Source: Klebsormidium nitens
Taxonomy: Eukaryota > Plantae > Klebsormidiophyceae
Length of the DNA: 64,000 nt
Reading direction: 5' to 3'
NCBI GenBank assembly: GCA_000708835.1
Contig: DF236977.1
Location: 1-64,000, forward strand
Below, one piece after another: positions 48,701 through 62,065 of this stretch (positions are counted from its first letter, which is position 1; each line of letters opens with the position of its first letter). The notes below the pieces were generated by a model that saw only the letters and a program-made list of their open reading frames with translations, was not told where the DNA came from and made no database searches. A program made the translations under genes and the position numbers.

Positions 48701-51700
48701 ACAATAGGAGCTGTAGAGGTCGTAAGGCGTTGCAGGTCGAAGGTGCAACATAGCTGAAGTGAACCGCGCCCCTTATCCGACTTTCCGAAACAAGCCTGAT
48801 CTGAAAGTCCTCGCAGACGGTAGGTCTCTAAAGAGTGCATAGTAGTTCCGCCATTCCTGGTCTTACAAGCACTCAGTCGGTGACAGAGCTTTGTCAGAGA
48901 CCAATGGGTTTTTCCGTCACTTTTACCCATTGCTTGTCTGGCACTTATGGAGCGGATGCTTCCCCCCTGTGGAAAGTCTTGTGCCCTTACCTGAACGTTG
49001 GGATTGAGGCGTAGCTCTGCGGGATGTTGCCGGTCAGAGTGTTGTTGTCTATCAGCCTGCAGACGTTCAGAGGTGCCCAACAAAAGTTAGAGGCTAGGCT
49101 GTGTAAGGAAGCCTGCAGCCAAAAGACAATCGCTTAAGCAGAGCGCAGGGTCTTAGCCTGACAAGTGATCGCTTGCCAGGAACTCAATCGATTATACGCA
49201 AGACCGTAGCTGAATCAAACTACTACAGGAATCTCTTGGCATAATCTACGACATAGAGCAAAGGGCGAGCCATCCTTAGTGGTAAGACTTACAGTGCTTT
49301 CAGAAGAGGATTCGGTGTAGGTGCGAGTGTACCAGTGAACTGGTTGTTGCTCAGCACTCTGAAGAAAGAAAAATATGACGTCAGAAGAACGCCTCTGTCT
49401 GGCAAGAGGCAACGATGGTTAACAGAAGGTGAACCAAAGCTTTGATAGTGCCATGTTGAACGAAGCCATCAAACATGATTAATGACTTTCTTGTCGAGCA
49501 TCGACGACGGCCTCTTGCCACAAGCAGCGACGACGGCCGCAATTTTGCCAAGAATATCTTAACCGTAGCGAATCGATGGCCACTTACAGGCTGGTGAGAC
49601 CAGGAAGGGCGAAAATGGCCGGGGGAATGGGCCCAGTCATCTGATTGTTGTTCAAAAACCTGCAAATACGACCGTAGCAATCAATGAAAAGCGATTTGAG
49701 AGACATCGGCTGCGGTGCTGACACAATGATTTCGAATCAGACGAACACGTACAATCCGTCGGACATACGGGCAATCACCTATTTATCACACGGAGACATC
49801 TGACAACGGGTCCAGAAACGCATGGCCCTGACGGAAGGTGTTGTAAGCGGGCACTTACAGCTCAACCAGCGAGGCACCGTTTGCGAGAGTCGCCGGGATT
49901 GGCCCTGTCAGCAGGTTCTGGTGCAAGTACCTGCAACATCCGGCGAAACCGGTTTCACTTTCACACAATCGTCCACGAGGCACGGCCCTCCATCCTGCTC
50001 ATGCTCACACAACAGCCAGACCGCTTTCTCAGATTACCACAAAGGCAAGCTTAATCCTACATCATGGTTGTAATGCGCAGAGATGGTACGACCAGTGTCC
50101 TAATGCAGAAAGGGTTGTGAAAGCGAGATGGCAACTTCTATGACTACCCAAAACCCCCCACCATTCAGGTCTCAAAAGGACCAAAACAATTGGAAAGGGT
50201 GTCCTCCAATTTGGCTTCTCTGTCAGGTTTAAAATGTCACCAATCCTTCAGGGTTTCAACTTGGATTCTAGTTCCTTGTATCAAAATCGAGAGGAGTTCT
50301 CATTTTGACTGAGCTTGAGAATACTCACAGGCCCCTCAATTGCCTTAGGTTGCCAAACTCCTGCGGAAGATTCCCCTGGAGGGAGTTGTTGAAGAGAGCC
50401 CTGCAACACGGGGCCGATACGCAATCTATCACCACGCGAGGGGACTGAACCGCAAAAGGGGCTCGACTATCTTAACAAGCCCTCTGAACTGAGCAGACAG
50501 ACACTTCTGATCAATGCTAGACGGAAGAGCCATTGGGCGAAGCTATGCGGAGCGGGCTCACCAGACCTGGATAACTCACGAATCAGTAGCTCAGGCAGTC
50601 ACTTGTGTGCCTTAGCTGAGTACCGGTGTCACCTGATGAGCAGACAAAACACAGATGGGCAAACCTGGGTCTACTTACAGGGGACCCATTGAGGAGCACT
50701 AGACTTACAGGATATCCAGGTTCAGCGACAGCGCAAGGGAGTTGGGGATCTGTCCCGAGAAGTTGTTGTTCTGCATATACCTGAACAATGAGAGGGGCTC
50801 GGTCAGGTGGAAAGGGTGCCCTTTCATTCATGAAAGGAGCATCGCAGCGAGCCATGGCCTCAATCTGGACACGAGCGGCATGGACACGGCGCCTTACATC
50901 GAAAGTGGGGCCATCACCCGATAGAGCAAGAAGACAACATCCCAATGTGTCTTGTGGTGCAACTTACAGGCCAACAAGTGATGGCAATCCGCCAAACTGG
51001 TAGGGAATGCTCCCATTGAATGCGTTGTTCTGGAATTGCCTGCAATCAGAATGCCATAATTGATGTTTAACAGATGGTGCATGAGGTCCGAATGAAAGCA
51101 GGACCCTCTATTTGTATTGGTCAGGCTTCAAAGAAAGCCCATAACAACCTTACTTGCATAAACCACGCAGGCCGAGATCAGAGTGTCAGGACGGAACCAG
51201 CGATTGCTGGATTACGAAACTCTTCCTGCGCCGTCACGAGTCAAATGTTGGGCAACCAGCAGAAACATAGACAAGCAATTGTACCCTGGTTTGCCACCTT
51301 CTGACTCCGCCAAAGGCTTTGGCCACAACTCACATGGTCTGTATGCTGGTCAAGTTCGTCAAGTCATATGGCAAGCCACCACTCAGCAGGTTGTTGTCAA
51401 AGCGCCTGCATCACAATTGAGAGGGTTTTACGAACGCAGCAAAATAGGCTCCACCGCCGATCTTGTGAACTTCATCATCATGGAAAAGGCCCTCTGCGAC
51501 AAACAAGGGCATGAGTCTGTCAAGTGTAATAGGCCCTATTGTGTAAAAGTGGCTGAAAGTGTGCGCGCCTGCTTGCCCTGGCCCTGAAGGGTTCCAAGTG
51601 CTAGCGCGTTTAAAGATGACCAAAGCACTGACGTGTGGCATTCACTATCAGGGCAGGCCTAACACACGTCAATAGAAGGTGACTCCGACACCCCCCCAAA

Positions 51701-53619
51701 AGAACACTTCTCGTCGTACCACCACTTGGTGTCCCTCACAAGCCCGTAAGGAACCAGGTGGCCCCTTTGAGAGTGACCCGATGAGCGCTCTTTGCTCGAG
51801 CGAATGAAAATAAGCAGTAAATAAGATTACGAGCAAGCGACCACTTACAATTCGAGCAACTGTCCCAGGCCGCCGAGACCTTGGGGGATCTGGCCACTCA
51901 CTTGAGTGCTGTTGATGTACCTGAAATTCAGAAGCAGCAACGGGGGCATTTGTAACCGGGTGGACATGAGAAAGCGCACATCATCAGGAAGGGGCGTACG
52001 CCGCAGTTAAGCCAAGCCTTGAGGAACTGCAACAGTGCCCTGCGTACCGCCAAGCTTATGACACTTGCTGCAAATGATTACGACCTAAGATGGGTACAGC
52101 CGCAAAGAGGCTCGGTGTGATGCACAGCCTGAGTTCGGGTATGCACACTCACAAGTATCGGAGCTGCGTAAGGCTGCCCAACTCCTTTGGGATCTGCCCT
52201 GTGATTGGGTTGCCCCCAAGGTTCCTGCAGTGGGGGCACATTCACTAAGATCGAGAGCGCTGACCAGCGGAATTGAGTGCATCGTGGGGCCCATAGGCGC
52301 TTTCCACCGGTATGATTGCAGTAAAAACCAATTGCTGGGCTCGCCCTCTTTTAGACTCAATACAGCAGAGCGTCTGGTTACTCTGAATAGCTGGGACGTG
52401 CAGCGTGTCACCACTTACAACTGTTGCAGGTTCGTAAGGTTCCCAATCTCGCTTGCAATCGGGCCTGCAAGGTTGAGGCCAGGCAGACTCCTGCGGGGCA
52501 CACGCAATTGCATCTCGTGAGGGCATGTCATGAGCCATGCAATGCTGTGAACCCCTTCTACGAACCTGGCATCCAAAAAACATGCCGGATGATTGGGTTG
52601 CAGACTACCTCTAGTATGCAATCACTGAATAGGGGAACACCCTGACCAACTCTTTCCAGGCTTTTCCGTTCCACTGTATCGAACGACTCAGTTGATGAAT
52701 GCAAGAGGCGTCATCATGCTGTTGCAATCGACAAAAAACGATCCCCTTCATGAGAACGATTTTTAGCCAATGTCTCTCCAACTCACAATGCCGTCACAGT
52801 CACGTCAACGCCCAACGGAGCGCACGTGACGCCCACCCAGGCATTCGTGCACGGATCTGCGTTTCACAAGAACCAATCAGCAAAAGCTCACTCTCAGGAT
52901 GCCAAAAGGCCCGGCTATAACAAAAGCCACCGCTCAAAGAAGAGGCTATTGTCAATCCTGTGGACTACATCAGTCAGATACTTCCGCATTTTGCTCTGCA
53001 AAGCCTGCGACATGAATTTGGACGCATTGAACGAGACTTCTAAGCCTCAGCCCGCGGATCAGCAGCCTTCCGGATCACCTCTACTTGTGCCAGAGTCTCT
53101 GAACGTTCGCACAAGGCTGCAAATCGCTCTGCTCCACCAAAGACATTTGCGTATGTCCGTGCAGACAGCCTTACCATTCACCCAGCTAGCCAGCGACACC
53201 GGGTTGCCCCACAAAGTCTTGAGGGCCAACAGCGCACTCACTGCAACAGTGGAACACATCACAGAAAATTCACTCTCAACAGGACGGCATCAATGCTCCA
53301 AACTCACACCAGCTCGAGTAATGCTGAGCCCTTGCATCAGCTTGGAAGTAAGGGCATCGCTGCAGGGCATTATGCCGCACTTTCCGAAGCCCGTGAGGGG
53401 ACAAGATGTGCAGCAATTTGGTATGGCAATCATGGTTTTTTGATCTCGCTTCGACCAGAATCATCGATCAAGATGGACCGGGGGAACTTCCTTTGATCAT
53501 CCGACCGTGGATTTGTCTCACTGCGTCTTACCATCAGCCAGTCTCGTGGCCACTGCCGAATGGAACCCGACCAATGCCAGCAGGAGAAGCAGCTGTGGCG
53601 CTGCCTGCTTGCCCATCAT
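42777..53619 (-). CDS. LRR receptor-like kinase with an SRF/LRR-V-type atypical kinase domain, about 10 LRRs, Pro-rich linker and SEA-like juxtamembrane domain; apparent +1 frameshift at 45166-45174
   Basis: Signal exon 53619-53532 is followed by the LRRNT ([17 protein letters not shown]...[12 protein letters not shown]) and a series of 72-nt LRR exons at about 52500-49000. Further exons: Cys-rich 48633-48515, Pro-rich 47784-47516, SEA-like 46926-46686, TM 46245-45994. Kinase exons 45467-44934, 44679-44475, 44200-43992, 43621-43445 and 43097-42777 carry [52 protein letters not shown] and WATPMLH...FRPTMSEVV. Confidence 0.88.
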
Positions 53620-54705
53620 GTCCCGCCCAAAGCTTCCCCGCTTTACTTTCTTTTGACAGCACCAGATCTCATCCTCTGAGCGCTCAACTTGCTCTTCCAC
53701 CCCAGGAGGTTGTGTCCAAGTGGACAAGAGCACCGCCCCTTCCGTCGTGAACACCGGCAACGAAGGAATCTACTCTCAGGTGGGAAAAGGCCAACTCGTA
53801 CCAGGTGTAATCAGAAGCCCCAGACCCAAGTCACAGACTACTACAAAAGATAGCAACACACAGATCAGGATAAAATAACTGTTGTATAAATACTGCAAGC
53901 GGCTGCTTGCGGAGCTCTCCTTGGAAGTGCCTCCTAGTGCAGCTCTAAAATCCAGCGACTGGCTAGCTCAAGGTCCACCAAAAATAGCAGATTGGGCGCC
54001 CTACCGTTGAATCCCAGAATTCCTGCTCCCTTGTCCAGAGCTTCTGGACATTGCAAGCCGAGGGACGATCTGACATTGACAAGGTGAGTCAGTCTTGAGT
54101 GGGAGGAGTGACTCTGACCTGGACTCGCTGGAGCAAGGGCGCACAACTTCCAGGCAAGTCTTGAGTCTTGAATGTGAAGATCGAAGCATGAGCTTGGAAG
54201 ATCACGCGGATTCAGGCCCTTATTCGCATCGTGATCGTCAATTACCGCTGTTGCCCGTGCACGAGCGAGGGCCAATGACCGTTGATTTCGCGGTAGCTTT
54301 GCACGTGTGGCATTTGTTACGCTCAGCTTTTGGCTGCAGCTATCGACGGCTTCTGTAGATCGGATGACCACAAAGAGACCAATCTACCGCCACATTCCAT
54401 AGCCTGTTTTGTGAGCAATGATGTCATTACCTAGTCACGCAACGCGGCGCAATTTTCGGTAGAGGTACATATCATGTACCGTATGCTAAAACGGGCGATC
54501 GGACGGTTCAAAGCGACTCGCGATCGACGAGAACTCAACTCGCAGATCCCAGATCGCGTTGCGCCAGACTAGTTGTTGCCCTGGCAGCTTGCGCTGTCCA
54601 CGTCCCACTTGCGCGTTCCATCTGCTTTTTCCTCGCGAGGCAAGTTGGGGGCACCAAAGTTGTCAATTGAGCAGCTGGAGCTGTGAGAGCTGGGAGTCGG
54701 GCGCC

Positions 54706-55936
54706 ATGGCAGCCTGTCAAGCACCTTCTCTGTCCACTTCCTTTTCTTCTCTTTCCACAGCGGTCGCTGAGAATTCACTGACAGGCAGAGCGACTGCACA
54801 TCGCGAGCTTTGGGCGCTGCCGCTCTTCACCAGCGGCCAGCACTCCCCTTTCTTTCCATACGGTTCCACAAAGCTAGCAAGTATCCAAAGATGTTCTGCA
54901 AGAGGTGCTACTCGCAGGACAATATCTATTTCCTGCCGTAGTGGAGGCCAGGTCAAGGAGTCAGACAACTTTGATGAAAAAGCCGGGCCCCTGCCGGAAG
55001 TGAGAGATGCACAGGTTCAGAAAAGGTCCAAGTCTGCGGTGCACGCAGCGCCAGCAGTGGCTGTGCTTGTTGCGGCAGCAATGCTGTTGGGGAACCCGAG
55101 CGAGGGGCTGGCGGCCAGCAGCGCGGGGAGAGTGGGGGGCAGTAAGTTCAAGAGCTCCGCTCCATCAAGGTCATACTCACCACCAAGGAACAGTGGCGGG
55201 GGTGGTTCCAGGTTGGTAATTTCAACTGCTTGAGTATATGGGTGATATGATGTTTTCAGATCATCTACTTGCTAAAGTTGGTAACATAAAGAAGGGTATC
55301 TGCTTCTGCGGGCTCAGCCCGTCAAAACCTGCTCGTTCAAGGCTTTGCTGTTCAGCTTTGATTGACCTCAGCAACACTACGCCGCGCTCGGCTAACAAGT
55401 TTCGGTGTTCCAAGGTTTTAGCTTCTGGTCATTAAGTCCCCCCGTATAACTTTGGGGGGACAATGATCCGACGTAGAATCAGGAGCCAATCCACTTCAAT
55501 CTTATGTTAAGAGCTTCCATAGATTTTCCCAGTAGTGTTTAATCGAAGTTCTTGTGGAAGTCAGACAGTGTGCGCCATCAATATACACATCACGCGCCCG
55601 TACACCTGGGCTTCGTCCTTTTTTTATAGAGAGGGGCTTTGCGGACCGTGTTTGTTGTTGCAAATTGATTGGTTTTGTAAAGAAGTGCTGCCTCTGCTTC
55701 GCAGGTCTTACAATAACTATAACTTGAATATCAACCCACCAACTTATGCGCCACCAATCTACGGAGGCGGTTACGGAGGTTACTCTTATGGGGTCCCCTT
55801 CTTTGGCGGCGGAGTCCCCTTCTTTGGTCCATCTGTCTATGTAGGTGGAGGCGGCCTATTGCAATTCCTACTGGTTCCCGTCATCCTGTACGTAGTGTTG
55901 AATGTAGTTGGGAGCTTTTTCAGGAATAGAGATTAG
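54706..55936 (+). CDS. Small Gly/Tyr-rich single-pass membrane protein resembling the N-terminal part of FLAP1/DUF1517 proteins and the short At5g57345-type proteins, 2 exons, about 245 aa
   Basis: Exons 54706-55211 and 55705-55936. It has a Ser/Thr/Arg-rich transit-like N-terminus, a hydrophobic ...EGLAASSAGRVGGSKFKSSAPSR segment, NINPPTYAPPIYGGGYGGY...PFFGPSVYVGGGG, a TM helix and a C-terminal FFRNRD. Confidence 0.7.
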
Positions 55937-56679
55937 TCAGCTTGCTCAACCCCAGCATACACCCTGTGACTGCACAGCAGCGTGAGTGTTGCTTGTAGGC
56001 GCCCCAGAAACGTGTATAGTAATTTTGAAGCTTGTCCAGCCAGCTGGCTAGGGATAGCACGGGCTGGCTCATCGTAGTGCTCGCAACTGTACCATCGGTT
56101 TCGAACTGACTTTGTTGTAACAAAGAACTTCATGAGTTCGGCTTGGTCTGTAACCTCTGCGGTCTTCAAATGAACCTTGTACGCTGTTATTCTGCAATGG
56201 ATGATCGTGATTCTTTTTCAGCTTCTGATTTCACATGTTGATATAAATGAGTGCCAGGAGCTACTCATGCATGATTTGCGAGCTAGCGCAGGCGCGCCTA
56301 AGTGATTGCGCATGGAGATGATCCTCATTGATGTGTGGCACTTGCATGAGTCCAGTGACTGCGCCGCGGAGTGTCGCGCAACTGCGCGCGTCATGCAAAC
56401 ACTTCGTTGCACTGGCATGTCCCTCGATCCTCGGACATGTTTTTCATTCGACATACGGGTGGCTGCAGAGACACTGATGCAGTACAGAGAGTTGGCGGTC
56501 CCTCTCATTGAAATTGTTGTTAAGTAGCCTACATGACTCATTGACGCTTGTTCGTACTGCTATATATCACAAAATTGTCCACAGATTTATGGCCTCGCGT
56601 TTGAGCGTTTTCATCAAGTGCCCCGCACATATTCGAAGATGTGAAATGAAGATTGGTTAGGGAGCACCCCGACGTGACT

Positions 56680-59600
56680 CTAAGCTCGTCCACGAGGGTC
56701 GCTTTCCTCCAGAACGACACCGCAAGAATCTTCCGTTGCACACAACGGGAGCGTCCCTCTCTTGCTCCACTCAGCGTCGACCACATTGCGCGCCCCTTGG
56801 CCCAGCACCACCGCAAACACAGCATCGAAACCGCCAGCTGCGGAAAACGTTCTGGATCATGTGAAAATGAGTGTTCACTCCTAACCCATAGACATTGGAA
56901 TAATTATTTCCGCTCAGACTTGCCCGGAGGCTGGACGAACGGAAAGCCGCCGGCAAAGATAGCAACAACATAAGTACCAGATTGAGAAGAGAAGCAAGAA
57001 AGACGCCACTGCCAGAGATGGAACCGTCACAGCACAACGCGATGTGCAAGAACTAGAGAGGGACTGGTTGCTTACCCCCCGGTACGCCGGCAAAGAGGAC
57101 CCCTGGCAAACCCTCCGTGGCGTCCAGCAACGCGGTCTGCGAGGGCGGTTCAATCTGGACGAAACAAAGTCAGAATGAAACCACTCATTTACAGACTGAT
57201 GCTTGGGGCGCATTGAAAGTCCTCGAGCCGAGATTCTGATGATCCTTCCCTCCACTTTCCAAACATAGCAGCGCCGATACTGACCGCTTCTGTCGTCCGG
57301 ACTGCTGCGGGAATGTCAAGAGGGCATGGCAAGTGCGCTTAGTATCGGGAATTTGTTGGCTTTACTTCTTCAAGCACACAGTAGCAGCATCGGAGAAGGG
57401 AGTCACATTCGCCAGGTTGACTGGAAACGAAGGCCCGCTCTTAGTCACCGACGAACAAGTCGGCCCTAACACTTTTAAACAGTTGAAGTACGATCCGGTT
57501 CAAGGGCGACAGCGCAAGAAGGTTGACATCATCAAAGGGCCTTCGCAAAAGTACAGCGTTCATCAAGGTCTGCTTTCCCAAACTCGAAGTCCAGATCGTT
57601 CGCGCAACTTTCGAGGTATGCGGATTCTCCTGTGCTATTCGACTCAGGAGCTGATTAGAGTATCCTCGTGATACAACTTTGATACCTTCAAGGATTCCTC
57701 GCACGGGATGCTCACCGGTACGTTCGCCTCTTCTCCTATTCGTCTCAGCAGTTCCCGAACTGACCGAAAGGCGGCTCGAGTGGCTAACAGAGCGGCCAAT
57801 GGGCTGCCCTGCGAAGGAGGCCCCGCCCACGCCGTCTCTTCCCACTGCATTCAGACAACGACGAACTCAGCTTCCGCAAGGCAAGGCCTGACACCAATCT
57901 AGCAAAGACGGAAGCACTTGAAGCGAGGAGCGGACGCTTGGTTCTGGAGACTATACATGTCGGCGAGTATTCCCGTCAAACTCTAAACGTAGTATTGCGA
58001 TTGCTTGAACCAAAATCTCTCTGCTGCGATCTCCACCGCTCAAAAATCTGCAACACGTGCCGGCACGAGCAGCTCTCACTAAATCAGCGAGATGAAGTCG
58101 CAAGGCTGTTACAAGTGAGAGCTTTCCAGTACATGCTTTATGGCAGAACGGTCAGCCTTGAAAACTATTTAGACAAGACAGAAGCAGAAGAATCATCTGA
58201 ATATGCTCGAGCCGTCAATTGACATCGGTACCAAATGTTTCCACGAAGTCTGTGGCAGACATCAACGCGGACTGACGACGCTGATCAAATTGACATAAGC
58301 GACTTTTCTCAGAATCAAGGAGCAACCGGCTCAACGGCCCATTTCAGCACCGAAACAATTTGATAAACGCAACGCGTTCCCGCACCTCGTGGCTCGGACG
58401 TCCGATGCACTCTTCCAGCGTCCGTTCATACGCCTCCCTGTCCGACACCGCACACTCTGCCAGCTGGCACAGGCCTTGCTCCACTTGAGAATTGGCCTCC
58501 GCCAGCGCCTCCCACACCGGCTGTGCGGCAGCCGCCTTCTCTCTTCGCCACCGCTGCACGGCGCCGACCATGGACGGAGTGGAGGAACCCCCTGCCCCGG
58601 GCTCACCGATCACCTATGTCAATAGCAAAACGATGACGTCAGCTTCGATTGACATTGCGGATTCTTTATTTCTAAGGGGGTCAGGTCCGCTTGTCTCTCT
58701 CACAGAGATGGTGCAAACAGCGAGGATGGACCGGAAGTCACAAAGTGAGCTTGTTCATCAACCAGCCCAGGCATGGATAGAAGAGATTCGCTTGATAGAC
58801 TTTGTCGCGCCTCTGTTGCTTCTTGCGAGTCGCGCACTTAGACTGGCCCCAGGACACGGGAACTGCTCGAAAGAGTCGAGCAACGAGGGGCTGCTGCAAA
58901 GGAAGGAACGGCAACCACAAGTGCCTTGCCAGTCTATCATTCACTCTCCTACCCGCCAAATGCGTTCTCTCGGCTCAAAAAGTGAGGAGACGACATCAAC
59001 AATCGACCGACTCGGTTTTATGCGGACGAAATACCACTGGTCAACGCAGAAGCGCCGCCCGAAGGGAGCCCACCCAATTGGGTTGCACGGTGCAAACCTC
59101 AAAAACGTTCGAACGCAGTCAAGAAGAGTATGATTGAGCAGCAGAGGGTGAGAGTTCTTCCGTAATCCAGATGAAGAACGGAATGAAGCCTCGAAAGACT
59201 TACCAGCACCAGTCCTGGCGGCAGCACAAACCCCCGTCGCTCCTCGTCCCACGCTGACGCCAGCAATCGCCTCACGCTTTCCAGCACCGGCTCGCTTTCT
59301 CCACTCTGTTGCAGGACGCTCGGCGAGAAGCGCACATACCGCTGGCTGCCAAACACGGCGGCGCTGACGTCAAAGCCACTGCCCACCTTGCCCTGCGCCG
59401 CGCAGTGTGCGGCTTGAGCCAAACGGTGAACTGTGTCGAGGTCGCGGGAATGGGACTCGCGACCTTCCCCTGGCCTGCATAACCGGAGCGCGTGACATTC
59501 AGAGTGCGATTAGGGCCTCGCCGAATCACCACCCGTTTGTGCATGAACGGGGGATTGGCATCGGATACGAGTGCACTGCGGAAGCTAGAAGGGGAAGTCG

Positions 59601-61143
59601 GATACAGTCCAGTGATTCCCTGGGCCCAGAATTCTACGATGTCACCAAACAGATCCAAAGCAGACTCGAGCTTTCTGATATCTTCTCTTACACTTTCCAG
59701 TTTTCGCCTGTCCAGCGAGAATCTGAATGTTAGCAGCTAGTTCTCACAAGTAGGCATCACTATTCCACTGACCTTGGCAGACTGACCATGCCGAGATGCT
59801 GGAGTAGTCCTGCGACGACAGCTGTCACCATCGCAGCGGAGGAGCCGAGCCCAGTCTTGGCAATTTCGGGGATAGCACTATTGGCAGGTGTTTCGGGAGG
59901 GGTGTTCATGGTGGCAGGGGAGAAAGGGGGCAGGCCAGAGAGGGTGGAGGAACACAACGGAAGGCCGGAATCTGCAATCTGGACAGGGGGCTCTGTTGAG
60001 ATCTCGTCTGTTTTGAGACTTTGCCTTTAAGAGGTGCTGAAGACAAGGTATGCAACAAGTAGTTGAAGGGCTGATCCCTGGTGCATATGGGATTGCATAA
60101 CAAATGCATAAGAAATGAAAGAGTAGTGAACCCCTTTCTTCTTTCCTCACCCCGTTTCTCCATTTCATGCGATTTGCATGGCATCAGTTTAAAGGAGAAA
60201 TGATGGACGCATAGCGCTGTTTCTACTTTTCTAGACCGCGGAAGCACTTTCAACGACCAGAAAGACCAACTTCTAGGACCCATTTTTCAAATGTTGTGTT
60301 GCCGGTGCCGCTGAAGTCTTATTGAATATAACTTTTCTGCTGAGGATTGAGGAGCATCGAAGTAAGCTACCTGTCTCCGGTGGGAGTAGAAGTCGTTGTC
60401 TCCCAGGATGGTTACTTCAAGCCCTGGCTTCAGCACATCTCCCACAGATACGTCGAGCAACTTGGCGGCAGCCACCGTATACTGGATGGCGGCCTCCATA
60501 AACGGATTGCCCCTGCCATTGCTTGGTGCCACGTCCAGGCTGCCAAGATCTAGGGTGAAGATGTCTGCTCTGTCCAGCTGAGGGGAACGGATGAGAATTG
60601 GCCTCGATGCAGGCTGCAAAAACGTAGAGATGCAGTCAGGAAAGGCACATGGAATGGACAGTTCATTTCTGACTTGCTTCCTTGTAGTCAAGCCCTTGGT
60701 CGTTTGTACCCTGTCTCCCCCAAAAAGTAAGGTTGATAGCATTGCACATGAAGGAGCTGTCCAATCAATACTCACATTTGGACTGAGAGGCTTTCTAAAA
60801 ATGGGGGCAGAAAGAGGCTGGCTTACATCAACAGTGGGAGAGTCGTTAAGGAGTGGAGCAACAGTTGCGTAGAAGCGGGCTGAGGTCGACAGAACGAGCC
60901 CCGGATTGGGGCGCTCGAGGATCAAGTAGGCGCCAGTGAGCAAGACTTTGCCAGGGGCTGAGACCACGCTGCAAAGAGGACCACACACTGCGATGAGCTG
61001 GTGGTGCTTTTGAGTCAGGGGAAATTGAGTCGCACAAAAGCTTACAAAGATAGAAGGGAGCTATGCCAAACTTTTGTGCTGCAATAGCTGGCTCTCTAAT
61101 GTGTCACTCACTCTGTCAGATCGACTTCCGTCCCTCCTACCAT
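56680..61143 (-). CDS. PMK: Phosphomevalonate kinase (ERG8/plant type, GHMP family)
   Basis: First exon 61143-61112 joins 60968-60827 ([34 protein letters not shown]). Later exons carry [87 protein letters not shown] and [12 protein letters not shown]. The stop is at 56682-56680. The start exon is less certain. Confidence 0.93.
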
Positions 61144-62065
61144 GACAGCCACAATGGGGCCACAGTGCACGTCCTTTTGCCCCATTGCCCGTTTCAATGC
61201 CCCCCTCGTGGTGTGCAGATTGAGCCGTCCCCTTGTGGAACAGATAAATGTGGCGCCTTACAGATGCAACCCAAGCTGTTCACGCCCATGAAAAGGTGGC
61301 ACATTGGATCATTTCGCAATGCTGGTGGTGGCATTGAAGAGTGGAGATGCTTACATGCTTTTCTTGTCCGCCATGGCACAGACCACTTGCTGGCAAATCA
61401 CTGCGTACCAAGTCCGTTTACTGATGCATGAAGAATGATGATCATCAATCAAAATACCAGAGTTCCTTCAAAGATCCAAGTTGGAGACGATGTGGTCGAC
61501 GCCTGCAAACCTCCAGTTTTTATGCTTGTTTCTGAATTTCTTCAAAAGTTGCTTGAAGTTGAACTTTCTCCAACCTTAAAAGCAGCTGTTGCACTGTTTT
61601 GTCCCTTCGCCTTCTGGAATCTGTCCGGAATCTAGGATCTGGAAATGAGATTCAGTCGGCTTGTGCAATGGTTCTTGTGCTCAAGCAAGGCAAGACGGAG
61701 GCCGGCCCCGGCCCGAGGGGCACTGCCAAAATTTGCAGGCTTCCAGATTGGCGCCAATAGTAACGGTCTTTGAAGCGGTAACGGACGTGCCAGCAAGGGT
61801 GCCACTTGTCGCCTGCCAATGCAACGTTGCCAGCTGGCGTTGGCCGCTCCGATTGTGTGTTTGTTGCCCGTCGCATTGCATTTTGCAATTGATTCTGAAG
61901 AATGAAGTGCTTCTGCAAGCAGGAATGTTTCTTCAGTGCTGGGGCTGGCATCGGAAGGTTTGCTGTGCACGGCCTTGCCTGATATCCTTTCTGGTTCAAA
62001 ACTTGTGACAGCTCGTGGTGCCTTTGGTTGTGATCACCACTAGGTCCTTGCTTTATTCTCCTGTA

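Noticed and set aside
52826-53443. 205-aa plus-strand ORF
   Set aside because: Antisense to LRRNT exons and introns, with no recognisable domain.
58492-59133. 213-aa plus-strand ORF
   Set aside because: Antisense to PMK and largely intronic, with no motifs.
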